Below, one piece after another: positions 25,100 to 38,887 of a DNA stretch of 64,000 nucleotides. Position 1 is the stretch's first letter. The number at the start of each line of letters is the position of its first letter. Both the position numbers and the translations under genes were made by a program. Origin of the DNA: Octopus sinensis (lineage: Eukaryota). The notes under the pieces are model-generated. The model did not search any database. It had not been told where the DNA came from and was given only the letters and a program-made list of their open reading frames with translations. The DNA is taken from NCBI RefSeq assembly GCF_006345805.1, contig NC_043011.1, positions 48,930,464 to 48,994,463 of the forward strand, given 5' to 3'.

Positions 25100-26110
25100 A
25101 TATCTTTAATATAGAGCTTTCGACAAAGGAAAATGGAGTTGTGAGGCAATGGAAATTTAGTGGTGGAGAGAGTGTCAAAGATATATACCTATGTGATTTA
25201 TCATCACCCGAATCAGAGATAAGATTGATACAGATGGAATTGTTCAGAATGCCCTGTCCACAAGAAACACTTGTGTGGACATTGATAAGACTCACGCAAC
25301 AAAAAAGTGTACTAGAAAACTGCTTAAGAAAATCTGCACAGAAAGCAGGTTTTGAGACCAAAATAACAATTCTGAGTGTCCATTGCATTTTGAAATGCTG
25401 TCATTGGAAATACTGAATTTCAAGAAAAATCCATGCTTCCAATGAAGATGTCCTTTACCCAAGGGTAGAGTTTTGCAATTGGTACTTGGCAAGATTTTTT
25501 GGAATAAGTACACTTTTCAATAAAGATTGTTTGCTGTGATGAGATCACATTTAACATAAAAGGCTCAATTAACAAAGACATTTGAACCTACTGAGTACCT
25601 GAGAACCTGCATTTTACAGAATCTGCATCTTAATAACAAGGAGTTAGAATGCAGAGTGGCTTATCGTCATAAGGATTACTTGGGCCATTCTTGTTTGATG
25701 GTATTGTACCAGGCTCCATTTTCTTTAACTTGTGATTATGTATTATGCCAAGCATTGAAGAGGTCTTTGAAGATGTGGAGTTTTATTTTCGGCAAGAGGG
25801 TGCATCACCAAATTACCATGGTAATGTAAGGGTCTATTTTAATGAAATTTAATGAAACAAGTGGATGGAATTTAGCAGAATACCTCTGTGTTTACAAGAC
25901 TTCATATCACTTGATTTTTTTTTTTCATATGAGGATGCTTAAAAGATAAATTGCATGGTACAAAACCAGTAACAGTCAAAGCATTGAGGGCAGCCCTTGA
26001 ATAAGAATGCACACAAATACTGACTGAAATTTTTTCTTGGTGTTTGTGATTCCATCGTTTCACATTATCAGACTTAACCAGAATGCTCCACAACTTGAAA
26101 ACAGGTTTTT
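25100..26110 (+). mobile_element. Decayed Tc1/mariner transposase, rosa (DD41D)-like
   Basis: KIVCCDEITFNIKGSINK..ENLH; GLSS*GLLGPFLFDG; EFYFRQEGASPNYHGNVRVYFNE; QDFISLDFF; LKDKLHGTKPVTVKALRAALE*ECTQI. Many stops and frameshifts; the D-D spacing cannot be measured. Confidence 0.8.
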
Positions 26111-27097
26111 CGTAAAAATGTTTAATTTTGTCTGTAGGTTGTATTAAAATTTTGAAAACAGAACATATTTTAATAATGATTGACTGCAACATTATGTATT
26201 GTGTGTATACATTTCCTGTGATTCTTCCCTGAGATATTCTTACCACTTATCCATAGTATCAGAGCTGTGCTCTTTCAATTTGGAGAAGTAGCTGCCCTAG
26301 CTGGAGTACCACTCTGATTTCTGAGATATACAAAATTACAAAATTGGTGTGTGTGTGTGTGTGTTTGTGTGTGTGTGTATGTGAGTGCACAAGATGACAA
26401 AAAATCTGATGAAGAGAGGAGGTGATGCAGAACCTGTAAAAAACCTGTCAGTTCATCATAAAAAAATACAAGAAAAACCATAATGATGATGATGACAACA
26501 ACGGTGGTGGTGGTGCTAGTGATGATGGATGAGGAGGAGGAGGATGAGGAGGAAGAGGAGGAGGAGGGGGGCTTATATAACTTGCTTTGCTATTGTATTT
26601 TCAGAAGTACGAAATTAATGGTGGATCAAATTTGAAGACTGCATACATTAAATATTTATCTCTCATTGGATGGAACACATTTTTCGATGACCTCACCAAT
26701 AATGGAAGAATACATTTTACACACACACACACACACACACATATATTACACTTGCAGGTACAAAATCATTCTAGAAGCTTGCCATACATTGGCCCTGCCA
26801 TCTGAGGCTTCTGACATAGCATTAACATTCCAAATGCTTCTTCGCTTAGACTTCCTCTCTGAGTATTTGCATTTTGGCAATATCTTCCGTTTCCCTCAAT
26901 GTCTCTCTCTCTCCCCACTCGCTCTGTCTCCCTCTCTTTTTTATTATTATGTTTCTCTCTTTTGCACAAATAAGATTCTGGTCCATGATGGGTAGGTTTG
27001 ATTTGATATTTACTGCAAATTTAAAAGAATTTTACTTTCAACCTTTCAACTGTTTGCTGTCTTACTGCAGTTGTATCTCTCTCTCTCTCTCTCTCTC

Positions 27098-27168
<71 letters not shown>

Positions 27169-27514
27169 ATGTGTGGTGTGTGTGTTATATATATATATTA
27201 TATATTATATATATATATAGTTGAAACACTCCTGTCACAACTTAGGTCCTTGAAGACTACTTTAATGCAAGAAAGTATACTAGTCCCTTAATATTTGATA
27301 TTCAATATTTAATCTATTCAATAAGACAATCAATACTTCATTTTACTATATAGACACTTCATTTCATTTCATTTTACTATATATATACTATTTATACTAT
27401 ATATTCTATATTCTATATTAATATTATAAAGAATATAAATAAAACATAAAAAACAGACAGAGTTGGAATTCCTTTGAATAATATATATCCCTTATTACAC
27501 AATCATATGAACCC

Positions 27515-27566
<52 letters not shown>

Positions 27567-28157
27567 TCTTAATTTGTGAAATATTCTTAAATGTAGCCAC
27601 GAAACACATGTCGTTATTCTACCAAATATATACGTTACATTTATTATTTTGCACATTACTTAATCATCGTTTTATTTTTTATCTTATAATCAATCTTTCT
27701 ATTATATGTAATTTTCTAGATGGTGTAAATTAATTTTTCATTTTGAATTGATAAGAGGTGTTTTTTTTCTAATTTATATATATTATATTTTGTGAAATTT
27801 GATTTCCTGAGATTCGCCAACACTACACCTGATTTCCTCCCCTCCATACACACACAAGCATGTATCTGACTCATACATTGTTCGCTTTCCAGACATTTGT
27901 ACATTACTGCATATACTTTATACGCACAAGTTGTGGTGCACCTGAGCACTGTATACAAGAATTTCATTATTATTATTATTATTTACTTTATGCACAAGTT
28001 TATGGACTTAATACACAGAACTCTCTCTCTCTCTTTTTCTCTTACTCTTCTCCTTACCCTCTTTTCTCTCTCCTTTTTCTTTTGATCTTTGTCTTTCCCT
28101 TCAACTAAGCATGTGAAAGCGTTATAGACGGGCTAAGTAACGGAAGAAAATGAATTA

Positions 28158-28479
28158 TTCTTTTACTCTTTTACTTGTTTCAGTCAGTCATTTGACTGTG
28201 GCCAAGCTGGAGCACCGCCTTTAGTCGAGCAAATCGACTGCAGGACTTATTCTTTGGAAGCCTAGTACTTATTCTATCGGTCTCTTATGCTGAACTGCTA
28301 AGTTATGGGGACATAAACACACCAGCATCGGTTGTCAAGCGATGTTGGGGGGGACAAACACAGACACACAAACATACACACAAATATATATATCATCATC
28401 ATCATTGTTTGACCGTGGTCGAGACAATGGAATTTACCATGCTACGCCAGACTTCACAGTCCATGATATATATATATGT

Positions 28480-28513
<34 letters not shown>

Positions 28514-28680
28514 CATACATACATACAATGGGCTTCTTTCAGTTTCCATCTACCAAATCCACTCACAAGGCTTTGGTCGGCCCGAGGCTATAGTAGAAGA
28601 CACTTGCCCAAGGTGCCACGCAATAGGACTGAACCTGGAAGCATGTGGTTGGTAAGCAAGCTACTTACCACACAGCCACC
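28158..28680 (-). mobile_element. SINE A, full length, with a short insertion in the linker
   Basis: Tail at 28158-28385, head and CORE-like domain at 28525-28680. Confidence 0.9.
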
Positions 28681-29013
28681 ACTTTGAAAACTATATATTT
28701 CAAACAGGAATTTGGCAGCGCCACTTCTTGCCGAACAGCTATTCTGTGCTGATGAAGAGAAATAACCCAGAAATTGCGATACACAGATATCGTTTTGAGC
28801 TGAGTGGGTGTGGTAGATTCCTTTGTTTGAAAATATAAAGACACAGATCGTGTTGTATAGCCAGCTGGAGACGATGTCACCTGGGGCTAAATTACAGCAA
28901 CATTTGTCCTAAACCAGGACTGCCATGTTATGTTGGCAAACAATAATCTTTACTACAGACGAAATAATGGTGAGTATTTTGCCCAGCATGTTAATTGTTC
29001 TTCCAGCTTACCA

Positions 29014-29408
29014 CTTACTCTTTTACTTGTTCCAGTCATTTGACTGCGGCCATGCAGGAGCACCACCTTTAGTCGAGCAAATCGACCCCGGGACTTATTC
29101 TTTGTAAACCCAGTACTTATTCTATCAGTTTCTTTTGCCGAACTGCTAAGTGACGGGGATGTAAACACACCAGCATCGGTTGTCAAGCAATGCTAGGGAG
29201 ACAATCACACAAACACATACACACACATATATATACATATATACGACAGGCTTCTTTCAGTTTCCATCGACCAAATCCACTCACAAGGCATTGGTCGGCC
29301 CAGGGCTATAGCAGAAGACACTTGCCCAAGGTTGCCACGCAGTGGGACTGAACCCGGAACCATGTGGCTGGTTTAGCAAGCTACTTACCACACAGCCACT
29401 CCTGTGCC
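29014..29408 (-). mobile_element. SINE A, full length
   Basis: Complete modules. Confidence 0.95.
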
Positions 29409-30834
29409 TATCTATTTACATATTTACTACATTTTCTATTGTCCACTTGTTTTTCTTCCTTTTTTTTTTTATTTGTGGCATGTGTTTTGAAGAAGATTTG
29501 GTTAGACATAGAAACCACAGACAAACTTGGCTGTCTGGTTTGCTCAGGGGAACAAGAATGGGTGATTGCTGTAGAAACCGCCTGTCTTTTGCATCAGATA
29601 CAGAAAGAAGACAAATCAGAGACACAGCAATGTAATGCTATCATCTCATCACACATGATGTGATTGTGATACGCTTTCATTAGTGTTTATTATTTTGTAA
29701 AGCATTTTAGTTGAAAGCAACCCGGTTTTTAAGGCAAACTTTTGAAATCAAATTTTTAAAAAACATACACCATCTAATAATTTCATAAAAAATGTAAAAA
29801 GAAAAGAAGAAATTAAGACAAATGGAACCTAAAGTCATAACATTCACCTCCTTGCCTTGACAGAAACTTTTGAAAAATATAACAAAAGAACATTTTTTTT
29901 CCCTCTTTTTGGTAAAAGTAACCTTTTGACCTTTCACTAAATTACACTATTTTCTTTTAGTATCAAAAGGTTTTATGAATTAATAAATTACTATAGAAAA
30001 GGTGACAAAAGTAATTAGGAAAAGTTAATGACTGTTGATTACATTAGCTTTTTTTTTTATTAATTTCTCTTATATATATTATTATATATAATATATAAAG
30101 GTATATATGTGTATATGTATTATATATATATATATATATATATAACATGTATATATGGGTTGTATATATATATTATATAATATGATTATATATATATATA
30201 TATATATATAATACATGTATATATGTGTATATATGTATATATATATATATATTATATATATATATATATTATATATATATATATATTATGTGTGTGTATA
30301 TATATATTATATATGTTCTATATATATATTTTTTTTCTTCTGTTTTTCATTGTTTAGATATTTTCATATGATTTGTTAATTTTTTCATTAATAAATGAAA
30401 TATATTTTCTCTAATCTAAAAGCTTCTGAAATATTCGTTTTAACATTTTTTTCATTTTCATTATTTTTTTTTTTTTTTCAAAATCTTGGATGATATGAAA
30501 ACAAAACTAAAAAAAAAACGATAAAGAAAAAAAAATGTAACTTTGATAATATTTATTCAGTTTAATAACAAATAAAATTTTGAGTGCTAAGGAAAATAAA
30601 ATTTATTTGTTTTGTACTGTTTGGTGGGGGAAAAAGTTCATGTAAACGACAGTATATTTCTTCAATAAAAAATAGTTTATGCTCAATTATTATTGATAGA
30701 TATTTCTTAACAAACATAGACCACATTAAATTCCAAATAATTGTGACTTGTGCAGTATTGGGTGAGAAATCTTATCGAATTACTACACCATGTGACAAGG
30801 AAGATTAGGAGAGCATATGCTGTTCCTGCTGTTG

Positions 30835-31336
30835 CTTCTTCTTCTTCTTCTTCTTCCAATCAGGACTCATGCTGTTAGCCACAAAGAATAATCTCTAATT
30901 CGAGCCTACTCTAAGCTACTAAGAATGCATGTGGCAACTTGAAGATCCACCCACCACACGCGATAGACTGGTGATTGCACGGGCAAGAAAGCTACGTTGT
31001 TATCCTCATTCCGTAAATGGTGGCTTTTAACGGGTGGAGAGCTGAACCATCCTGGGGTACAGAGGATTCGCAATCTAGACTAGGACGTGAAAGTTTACCA
31101 CACCATAGTGGGTTACACCCTGGTTCCTGTGGTTTGTGGCAGAAGTTGGAAGAAAGAGTGAGAGAAAGTTGTGGTGGAAGAGTACAGTGAGGTTCACACC
31201 CCCACCGCTGTGGGAGCCTCGTGGAGCTTAGGTGTTTTTGCTCAATAAACACTCACAATGCCCGGTCTGGGAATCGAAACTGTGTTCTTACGACTGCAAG
31301 TCCGCTGCCCTAACCACTGGGCCATTGCACCTCCAC
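30835..31336 (-). mobile_element. SINE G with (GAA)n tail module
   Basis: Colinear with 20186-20619, with small extra segments. Confidence 0.85.
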
Positions 31337-31454
31337 TCCTGCTGTTGCTGCTACTATTATTGTAATAGTTTAACCCTAGGAATGTCCTGAGTGAGCAAGC
31401 CAATGACTAAAGGTATTCCCCAACCTTGTTTGACTTGTCTTTTTTCCTCAGATA

Positions 31455-31612
31455 CTGTTTACCTGAGACTGCATTGGTGTTAGGAAGGGCATCCAGCCAT
31501 AGAAACCATGCCAAAACAGACATGGAGCCCAGGTAGTTCTTCAGCTGTCCAGCTCCTATCAAACTGTCCAACCCATGCCAGCATGGAAAACAGAGATTAA
31601 AAGATGATGTGT
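31455..31612 (+). mobile_element. Family E 3' module
   Basis: TTGGTGTTAGGAAGGGCATCCAGCC..CCAACCCATGCCAGCATGGAAAAC. Confidence 0.8.
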
Positions 31613-31711
31613 CCTTCCTTTTCCAAATCATTAATCCTTTAATCTTTCAGATTACTCTGTCAAAGGTAATGCTTACTTATTCAAATTTGATTTTTTAAAA
31701 TTTATCATATT

Positions 31712-32080
31712 TGTAGGCATGGCTGTGTGATAAGGAGCTTGCTCCCCAACCACATGGTTCTAGGTTCAATCCCACTGCATGCATGGCACCTTGGCCAAGT
31801 GTCTTCTACTAAACCTTCCAGCTGACTAAAACCTTATGAGTGGATTCAGTAGACGGAAACTGAGAGAAGCCTGTTGCACATATATGTGAGTGTCTTTGTG
31901 GTTGTCCCCAACCACTGCTTGACAACTGGTGCTGGTCATACATATGTCCCCGTAAATGGTTCAGCATAAGAGGCCAATAGAAGAAATCCTGGAGGTAGTG
32001 TTGATTTATTCAACTAAAACCCTTCAAATCAGTGCCCCTGCATGGCCACAGTCAAATGACTGAAACAAGTATATGATAAA
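31712..32080 (+). mobile_element. SINE A, diverged
   Basis: Head GGCATGGCTGTGTGATAAG, CORE-like domain, tail GACTGAAACAAGT. Confidence 0.8.
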
Positions 32081-32252
32081 AGATGTATAGTGGGTATATT
32101 TAGCAATCAGATCCTTATTTCCAATGCTGTGAGTCATTGGAATATTTCTTATGTTACTGAAAAAAATTTGACCAATCAAAATTTTACATGGAACAGGCTG
32201 ATCAGCAGCTAATCACATTCTGAATGCTGCTACAATCGCACCAGTCCTTTAA

Positions 32253-32472
32253 CCCTTTCAATACCAACCAGGCTGAAACCCCCTCTGGCTCTAGTTCAAA
32301 TGTTTTGTTTTCAAAAGTTGTGAATTAAAATCTCCTGCCAAACCTTTGTCACTATTTATGTTCCTAACACAAGCTTAATGATTACTAAGTTATTTTACTA
32401 AATTCTTTGTTATATTTAAAATTAATTGAAAGAAACACAGAGCATCTCAAAATAAACACAGTAATGAAAGGG
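32253..32472. mobile_element. piggyBac-like MITE
   Basis: TTAA|CCCTTTCA ... TGAAAGGG|TTAA. Confidence 0.75.
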
Positions 32473-33119
32473 TTAACTTGCTAAAATAATATTCAAGATG
32501 GTTTATTTGATTGAAAATATAATTTCGAAGTGTTCATGGTGTCATAGTGAAGATTTGATTGAAAACTTTGTTGTTAAAGAAAGTAGGAAAAAACTTTTCC
32601 AATAATATTCAAACTATTGATGTTTTGATCTTTTTTCTTTATGTGATAAATAAATATTTTGTTTATCAAAGATCTCAACTGATATCTGTCTTCTTCTTCA
32701 TAACACATACATTATCTTATAGCTTTGAGATTTCAATGATGTGATTGTTTATTTTTAGAATGACATTGTGGGATATGTATAAGAGGCTGGATCTTGCTTG
32801 TTTGAACATAAAGCAAGGTAGACTATTTGGACCAGATATGGCCAGCTTAAACACAGAAGGGTCAAGATATGAATTGAGGAAGAAATGGCTGTTGTTTCTA
32901 AAAAACGCCAACCAAAATGGCTAGAATCAGCCAAGTTTTACCTGCTAAAAATAGCACCTCATATGCTTTTAAAACAGATCCTAATGCTAGGTGTTCGAGG
33001 ACCAAATTAAGAGCAGATTTTCAATCCTGTGATCATCCTGATTCCAAAAAGATGTTGAGCAAATCTAGACTGATAATAAAGGGGTCCTGGACAGAAAGAA
33101 TTTCCTGTCTGTTATCATA

Positions 33120-33330
33120 TAAACATTCATCATCCTCATCATCGTTTAATGTTTGTTGGGTTGGATGATTTGACTGAGGTTGACAAACCAAGATGGCTGC
33201 ACCAATCTGATCTGGCAGAGTTTCTACAGCTGGATGATTTCTAATGCCAACCACTCTGAGAGTGTAGTGGGTGCTTTTACATGTCACCGGCATGAGGGCC
33301 AGTCAGGCAGTACTGGCAATAGCCATGCCA
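33120..33330 (-). mobile_element. Family E 3' module
   Basis: CTAATGCCAACCACTCTGAGAGTGTAGTGGGTGCTTTTAC; CATCATC-GTTTAA tail. Confidence 0.8.
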
Positions 33331-33425
33331 TAAATAAAAATTACTTTCCATCTTATTGTTAGTTTTCTTTCATTTTGAAAACTTTAAAATTTATTTCATA
33401 ATTTATTATTCTTTATATTTTGAAT

Positions 33426-33471
<46 letters not shown>

Positions 33472-33475
33472 ATAT

Positions 33476-33773
33476 ATTTACGTCCTTTTCAAGCCTAGCC
33501 AGACCATTTCTTGGTTTCTATGACATATGTGTTCCCCCAGCTATACGGGACGCCAGTCCATCACAGCATTACTTAAGAAACAGGAAGAAAGAGTGAAACA
33601 AAGTTGGTGTAAAAGAGTACAACAGGGGGTCACCACCACCCCCAACTGGGGCCTCATGGAGCTTTTAAGTGTTTTCGCTCAATAAACACACACAATGCCC
33701 GGTCTGGGAATCAAAACTGCGATCCTCCAACCACAGGTCAGCTGCCCCAACCACTGGGCTATTGCGCCTCCAC
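33476..33773 (-). mobile_element. SINE G head with V-domain-like tail module
   Basis: G head, then TGTGATGGACTGGCGTCCCGT..GGCTAGGCTTGAAAAGGACG; this tail is shared with the D copy at 47093. Confidence 0.85.
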
Positions 33774-34399
33774 GAATTACATACATGGAGGCACTAAAAT
33801 CTTTAAGGTGCTTAGGGTTTCTATAGATCTTAATCCAGGCCTGGTTTTGGCCCTTTACTTCTTATGCTCTAAGGGGACCTGGAAACATCTAGCTCATAAT
33901 CCCAGGGCCCCCTTCTGCTGAAACTTTTAAGCCACTTGTGGATTGAAACTGCTTGGAGATTTTGTCTAGTTGTAACTCCTCCTCATTGACTCAGCTTTCA
34001 AGAGAGTTCCTTATCACCACCATTAATGATAACAACAGCAATAACAACAAGAATAGAGAACAATTCCTGTTATTGCTTTTAATGCTACACTACAGCTGTT
34101 GTTATCAGTGTTGTTGTTGCTGTTGTTTTTGTCAGTGCAATTGTTGTTGTTGTCTTCGTTGTTGTTGTTGTTAGATATTGCTGTTACTGTTATTACAACC
34201 ATTGTTCTCTCTATAAATGTAGATGTTGTAGCAGAACCTGATGAATATTGTAAAAAATCAATATGTCTTCCGATCGTAGCTTATTGGCTCCTCTCGGTGA
34301 AATTTCCACTAATGGTAATTCTTAACAGTGACCTTTATTTTATTACTTCATTAATTTATCTTTTTTTTATTTATTTCTTTTATTTACCATTCCACTTAT

Positions 34400-34606
34400 C
34401 CATTTATGTGTGTGTATGTGTGTGTGTGTGTGTGTGTGGATGTATCTATTTATCAATTTGGCTGTCTATCTTTCTCCCTATTTTCCTGTCTAGCTATCCC
34501 TCTTGTTGCCTACTTATCAATCTGTCCACCTTATATATCGATCTATCTAGCTGCCTATCTATCTATCTAGCTACCTATCAATTTATCTACCTATCTATCT
34601 AGCTGC

Positions 34607-34688
<82 letters not shown>

Positions 34689-34833
34689 ATCTATCTATCT
34701 ATCTGTCTATCTATAAGAACAGCACTACATTGTATTTTGTCCCCTCTGTGTTTGGCCCTGTATGGCTAATAAAGAAAGATATCTATCTATCTATCTGCCT
34801 ATCTATCTATCTGTCTGTCTATCTATCAATCTA

Positions 34834-34871
<38 letters not shown>

Positions 34872-34981
34872 CCTTCAAAAGAAAAGCTCTACCTTGTAAT
34901 TTGTTCTATCTGTGTGCAGCCCTGTGTGGCTAATAAAGAAACATATCTATCTATCTATCTATCTGTCTATCTATCTATCAT

Positions 34982-35013
<32 letters not shown>

Positions 35014-35018
35014 CCTAC

Positions 35019-35101
<83 letters not shown>

Positions 35102-35130
35102 CCTACCTACCTACCTACCTATCTATATAT
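34400..35130. repeat. (CTAT)n/(CCTA)n array containing two short retroposon 3' ends (about 34733-34785, 34900-34945)
   Basis: GCCCTGT.TGGCTAATAAAGAAA immediately followed by (TATC)n, twice. Confidence 0.85.
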
Positions 35131-35409
35131 CTAGCCATGTTTTATTGTGTACTTTTAATCAATTTATCTATTGACTTATAGTCTGCTTATTTATTTATTA
35201 GTACCATGGAATTTGATATCTGATCTATAGAAGTACATTTATACTAAACTTTGTTCGCCGGCATGATTCTTTGATTTGGTAGGTCATCACTGAAGAATTA
35301 ATTATTCATTTCAAATGCAGTAGTTGACTCACATAAATTACATTACCATGGAATTGTCTACAAATTGAATAATTCAGAGTTCAAATCCAGTCTGGGACTG
35401 TGAGATTAA

Positions 35410-35695
35410 GTTTAATTTCATCCATTCAACCATCTTCTCTGCTCACTCTACCTTGAAGGCCATGGGAGGAGAGTCCTCATACCTCTTCATTAGGGTCCTA
35501 TTAGAAGTAGCAGTCATTAGTCTTTCTGGCAGGATTCCCAATTGTGACCATTTGAGACTTTGGATTTTATCCAACGAACATATTCTTGGTCTCCCCCATG
35601 TCTCCTGTCATCTGACTTGCTTAAAGAATCTGTCTTACAATTCTTTCCTGAGACATTCTAACCGTATGTTTGAAGTAACAGAGCTGTGACCTCTC
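35410..35695 (-). mobile_element. RTE-clade LINE ORF2 C-terminal remnant
   Basis: ERSQLCYFKHTVRMSQERIVRQIL* then, after a frameshift, GRPRICSLDKIQSLKWSQLGILPERLMTATSNRTL. Confidence 0.75.
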
Positions 35696-35724
35696 AAAAT
35701 TAATTTAATTGATTTAATATTTTA

Positions 35725-36300
35725 CAGGTGTGGCTGTGTGGTAAGAAGTTTGAAGGCAGCGAGCTGGCAGAATCGTTAGCACGCTGGGAGAAATGCTTAG
35801 CGGTATTTCATCTGCCGCTATGTTCTGAGTTCAAATTCTGCCGAGGTCAACTTTGCCTTTCATCCTTTTGAGGTCGATAAACTAAGTACCTGTTACGCAC
35901 TGAGGTCGATGTAATCGACTTAATCCGTGTGTCTGTCCTTGTTTGTCCTCTCTGTGTTTAGCCCTTTGTGGATAGTAAAGAAATCGGTATTTTATCTGCC
36001 ATTACGTTCTGAGTTCAAAATCCGCTGCGATCGACTTTGCCTTTCATCCTTTCGAGGTCGATAAATTAAGTACCAGTTACACACTGGGGTTGATGTAATC
36101 AACTTAATCCCTTTGTCAGTCCTTGTTTGTCCCCTCTATGTTTAGCCCCTTGTGAACAATAAAGAAGTAAGAAGTTTCCTTCCCTACCATTTGGCTATGG
36201 GTTGAGTCCCACTTGTGTAGAGGTCTTCTACTATAACCCCAGGCCAACTCAAGCCTTATGAGTGGATTTAATTGGTTGAAATTGAAAGAACAATATATTG

Positions 36301-36341
<41 letters not shown>

Positions 36342-36660
36342 TTAACATACATATGTATGCATGAATGCATGTATGTATTTTTGTACGTATGTGTGTACGT
36401 ACGAATGTGTGTATGTATCTATGCATGCATGTATGCACATAGGACTGTGTAGTGTATGTATGTCTGTTTGTTTGTCCTCTACCATTGCTTGACATACACT
36501 GTTGATTTCTGTATAACTTAGCAATTCAGCAAAAGAGACTGATAGAATAAGTACTAGGTTTAAAATTTCTAAGTACCAGGGTGGATCCATTCGACTAAAA
36601 TTCTTCAAGACAGTGCCCCAGCATGGCCACAGTCTAATGACTGAAACGAGTAAGGGTTAA
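35725..36660 (+). mobile_element. Diverged SINE A interrupted by two tandem B copies (35754-35985, 35986-36170)
   Basis: A head begins GGTGTGGCTGTGTGGTAAGAAGTT, resumes near 36172, and its tail lies at 36440-36660. Confidence 0.8.
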
Positions 36661-37224
36661 TAGGTAAAAGATAATTAATTAATGTTCATCAAAATTTATT
36701 GGTTCCCTAATTACCAATATTGGATATTTACTCATGATTTGTGCGCATCTGCTTGGTGATGTGGCTTGATTTTCTGAGTTGGATACGGCATGTCATGTTC
36801 TCTTATCTGAGGTTCCAGCTGGGGAGATGGCTTTTGTTGGTCAGTCACACACTACATAGTCATGGCAGATGAAGAAATATCTCACAGAGGTGAGGACTGT
36901 CTGGGGTACTGCTGGGTCAACCCAAGCAACTACCGACAAATGGTAGGTGCAGTGACGCACTGAGAGGGTACATCCCCCCCATACCCGACCTGACCCCTGA
37001 CTGGACCTGGTATTTAAATATTTAAATCATTTTTTTTTTTTCCTGGAAGGACAAATGTCAGTTCTGGCTTTTCCTGCTCTGAGTCTTCTCACAGTCAAGT
37101 ATTTATATGTTTTCTGTTCGCTGAAAGAATGATGTGAGACAAAAATAGTTGTCCAAGTGCCACACTGAGAATTTGAACTAGGAATCACCTGAGTGAGAAG
37201 TGAACTTCTTAAGCGCACAGCTAT

Positions 37225-37350
37225 ATCTGTACCCATTATACATATATATATATATACCTACATACATATATATATATTGTGAGTGTACATATAAATATGA
37301 ATATACATATAAATACAAACACACATGTACACATACACAATATATATATA

Positions 37351-37381
<31 letters not shown>

Positions 37382-37382
37382 A

Positions 37383-37413
<31 letters not shown>

Positions 37414-37585
37414 AGTATAAATATATACATATATATATATATGTATATATATTATAAATGTATGTGTATATGGATGTCTTGACTGTCTACGTGAAAAAAC
37501 ATTTACACATACACACACACTACACAAACATTAATTTTTCATGTAGCAGACATACCTGGATATTTTTCCCCGGACATTCTTGCAG

Positions 37586-37624
<39 letters not shown>

Positions 37625-38580
37625 TAAAATATTATATAAAATGCATTAACACTAACCTACCTATTTTGGAATTCTTCTGGGATTCATAGAAGAATTTATA
37701 TTCATAACTTATTCAGAGAGATGTCTGCCGTTAACATTATATACACACAAAAAAAAAATATCTTTTTTCTGAGACTGCTAAGTTTCACCGCATATAATTA
37801 TTATGTTTTCTTGTATGAAAACTCATATGGCTTTACTACAAAATTAGCTTGGGTTGAAGCAATAATTAACTCCTCTTAAATTAAGTTTTAATTTGAACCC
37901 ATAGAAAACAATGTTTACCACAAGATTGTATGTAATCATGACAAATAACATAATCTGCTGTGTGGTGTATAGTATGAATGATCTCACACAGTTATTGTCA
38001 GATTATCACCACATTCTGAACATATGTTTATAAGCTACCTATACTTAGTTGAGAGACTAGGACTTACACCATTCAACTGTAGATCTTCTGTATTGTTCTT
38101 TGACCCGTTAGAAATAGCAGCCAGCTATATTTTCTGCATCAAATTGCGCTTTACTCTCTTAAAATTACTATGGCATATTAGACAATCCTGGATATGATAT
38201 TTGAATAAACCTTTTAGCATATGTATGTTATATATATGCGTGTATATATATATATGTATGTATGCATATATACATATATATATATACTATATATATACAC
38301 ATATATACAAATATATAAATTGCACATATATATATACATATATATATTATATATGGCCTTGGCCAATACTGGCCAAAACTTTTCTATTTATTATTCTAAG
38401 TTATATATATACACATATATACATATATACACATATATACACACACATATATATATATCTATACATACATATATATATATATATATACATATATATACAT
38501 ACATATATATATTATATATATATATATTAATATATACACACACATATATATATATACATATGTATGTATACGTATATACA
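37225..38580. repeat. (TA)n-rich fields (37225-37620, 38220-38580)
   Basis: Direct reading. Confidence 0.9.
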
Positions 38581-38841
38581 TCTGAGAACAGATTAGAGAT
38601 ATATATTAAGTTTGATGAAAATCTATGGGGACTCAGAATCACAAATTTCATCTTTCTGTCCATCTTACAAATACCATTTCTTTCTTGTTTGATTCCTTAC
38701 CATCTCTTCGTCCCACCCCACCCCAATCCTACTCTCTCTTTATTTCTTAGCTGAGAGTTTCTTGAGAAAGTCGTTTCATTGTAAGAGTTATAGCTCTTCA
38801 TTGTGCTTCAAATGAACCAACTTATCACTTACAGAACAATG

Positions 38842-38887
<46 letters not shown>

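Larger units (their letters stand above)
31635..32861. mobile_element. Split TTAA-flanked MITE (31635-31705 + about 32700-32861) carrying about 1 kb of nested insertions
   Basis: The two halves are homologous to the left and right parts of the intact copy at 62298-62513. Confidence 0.55.

Noticed and set aside
27250-27625. Hammerhead-like traces (TTGAAGA..GAAAGTATACT near 27255; ..ACGAAACACATGTC near 27600) in (TA)n-flanked sequence
   Set aside because: Stems I and II do not pair adequately; at most very old PLE ends.
28690-28975. Unique stretch between CAG| and |GTGAGT
   Set aside because: All three + frames contain stops; the open minus frame has no start or recognisable motif.
34237-34275. 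CTGATGA followed by an ATATTG/CAATAT stem
   Set aside because: No GAAA follows the stem and stem I is poor; two separate deletions would have to be assumed.
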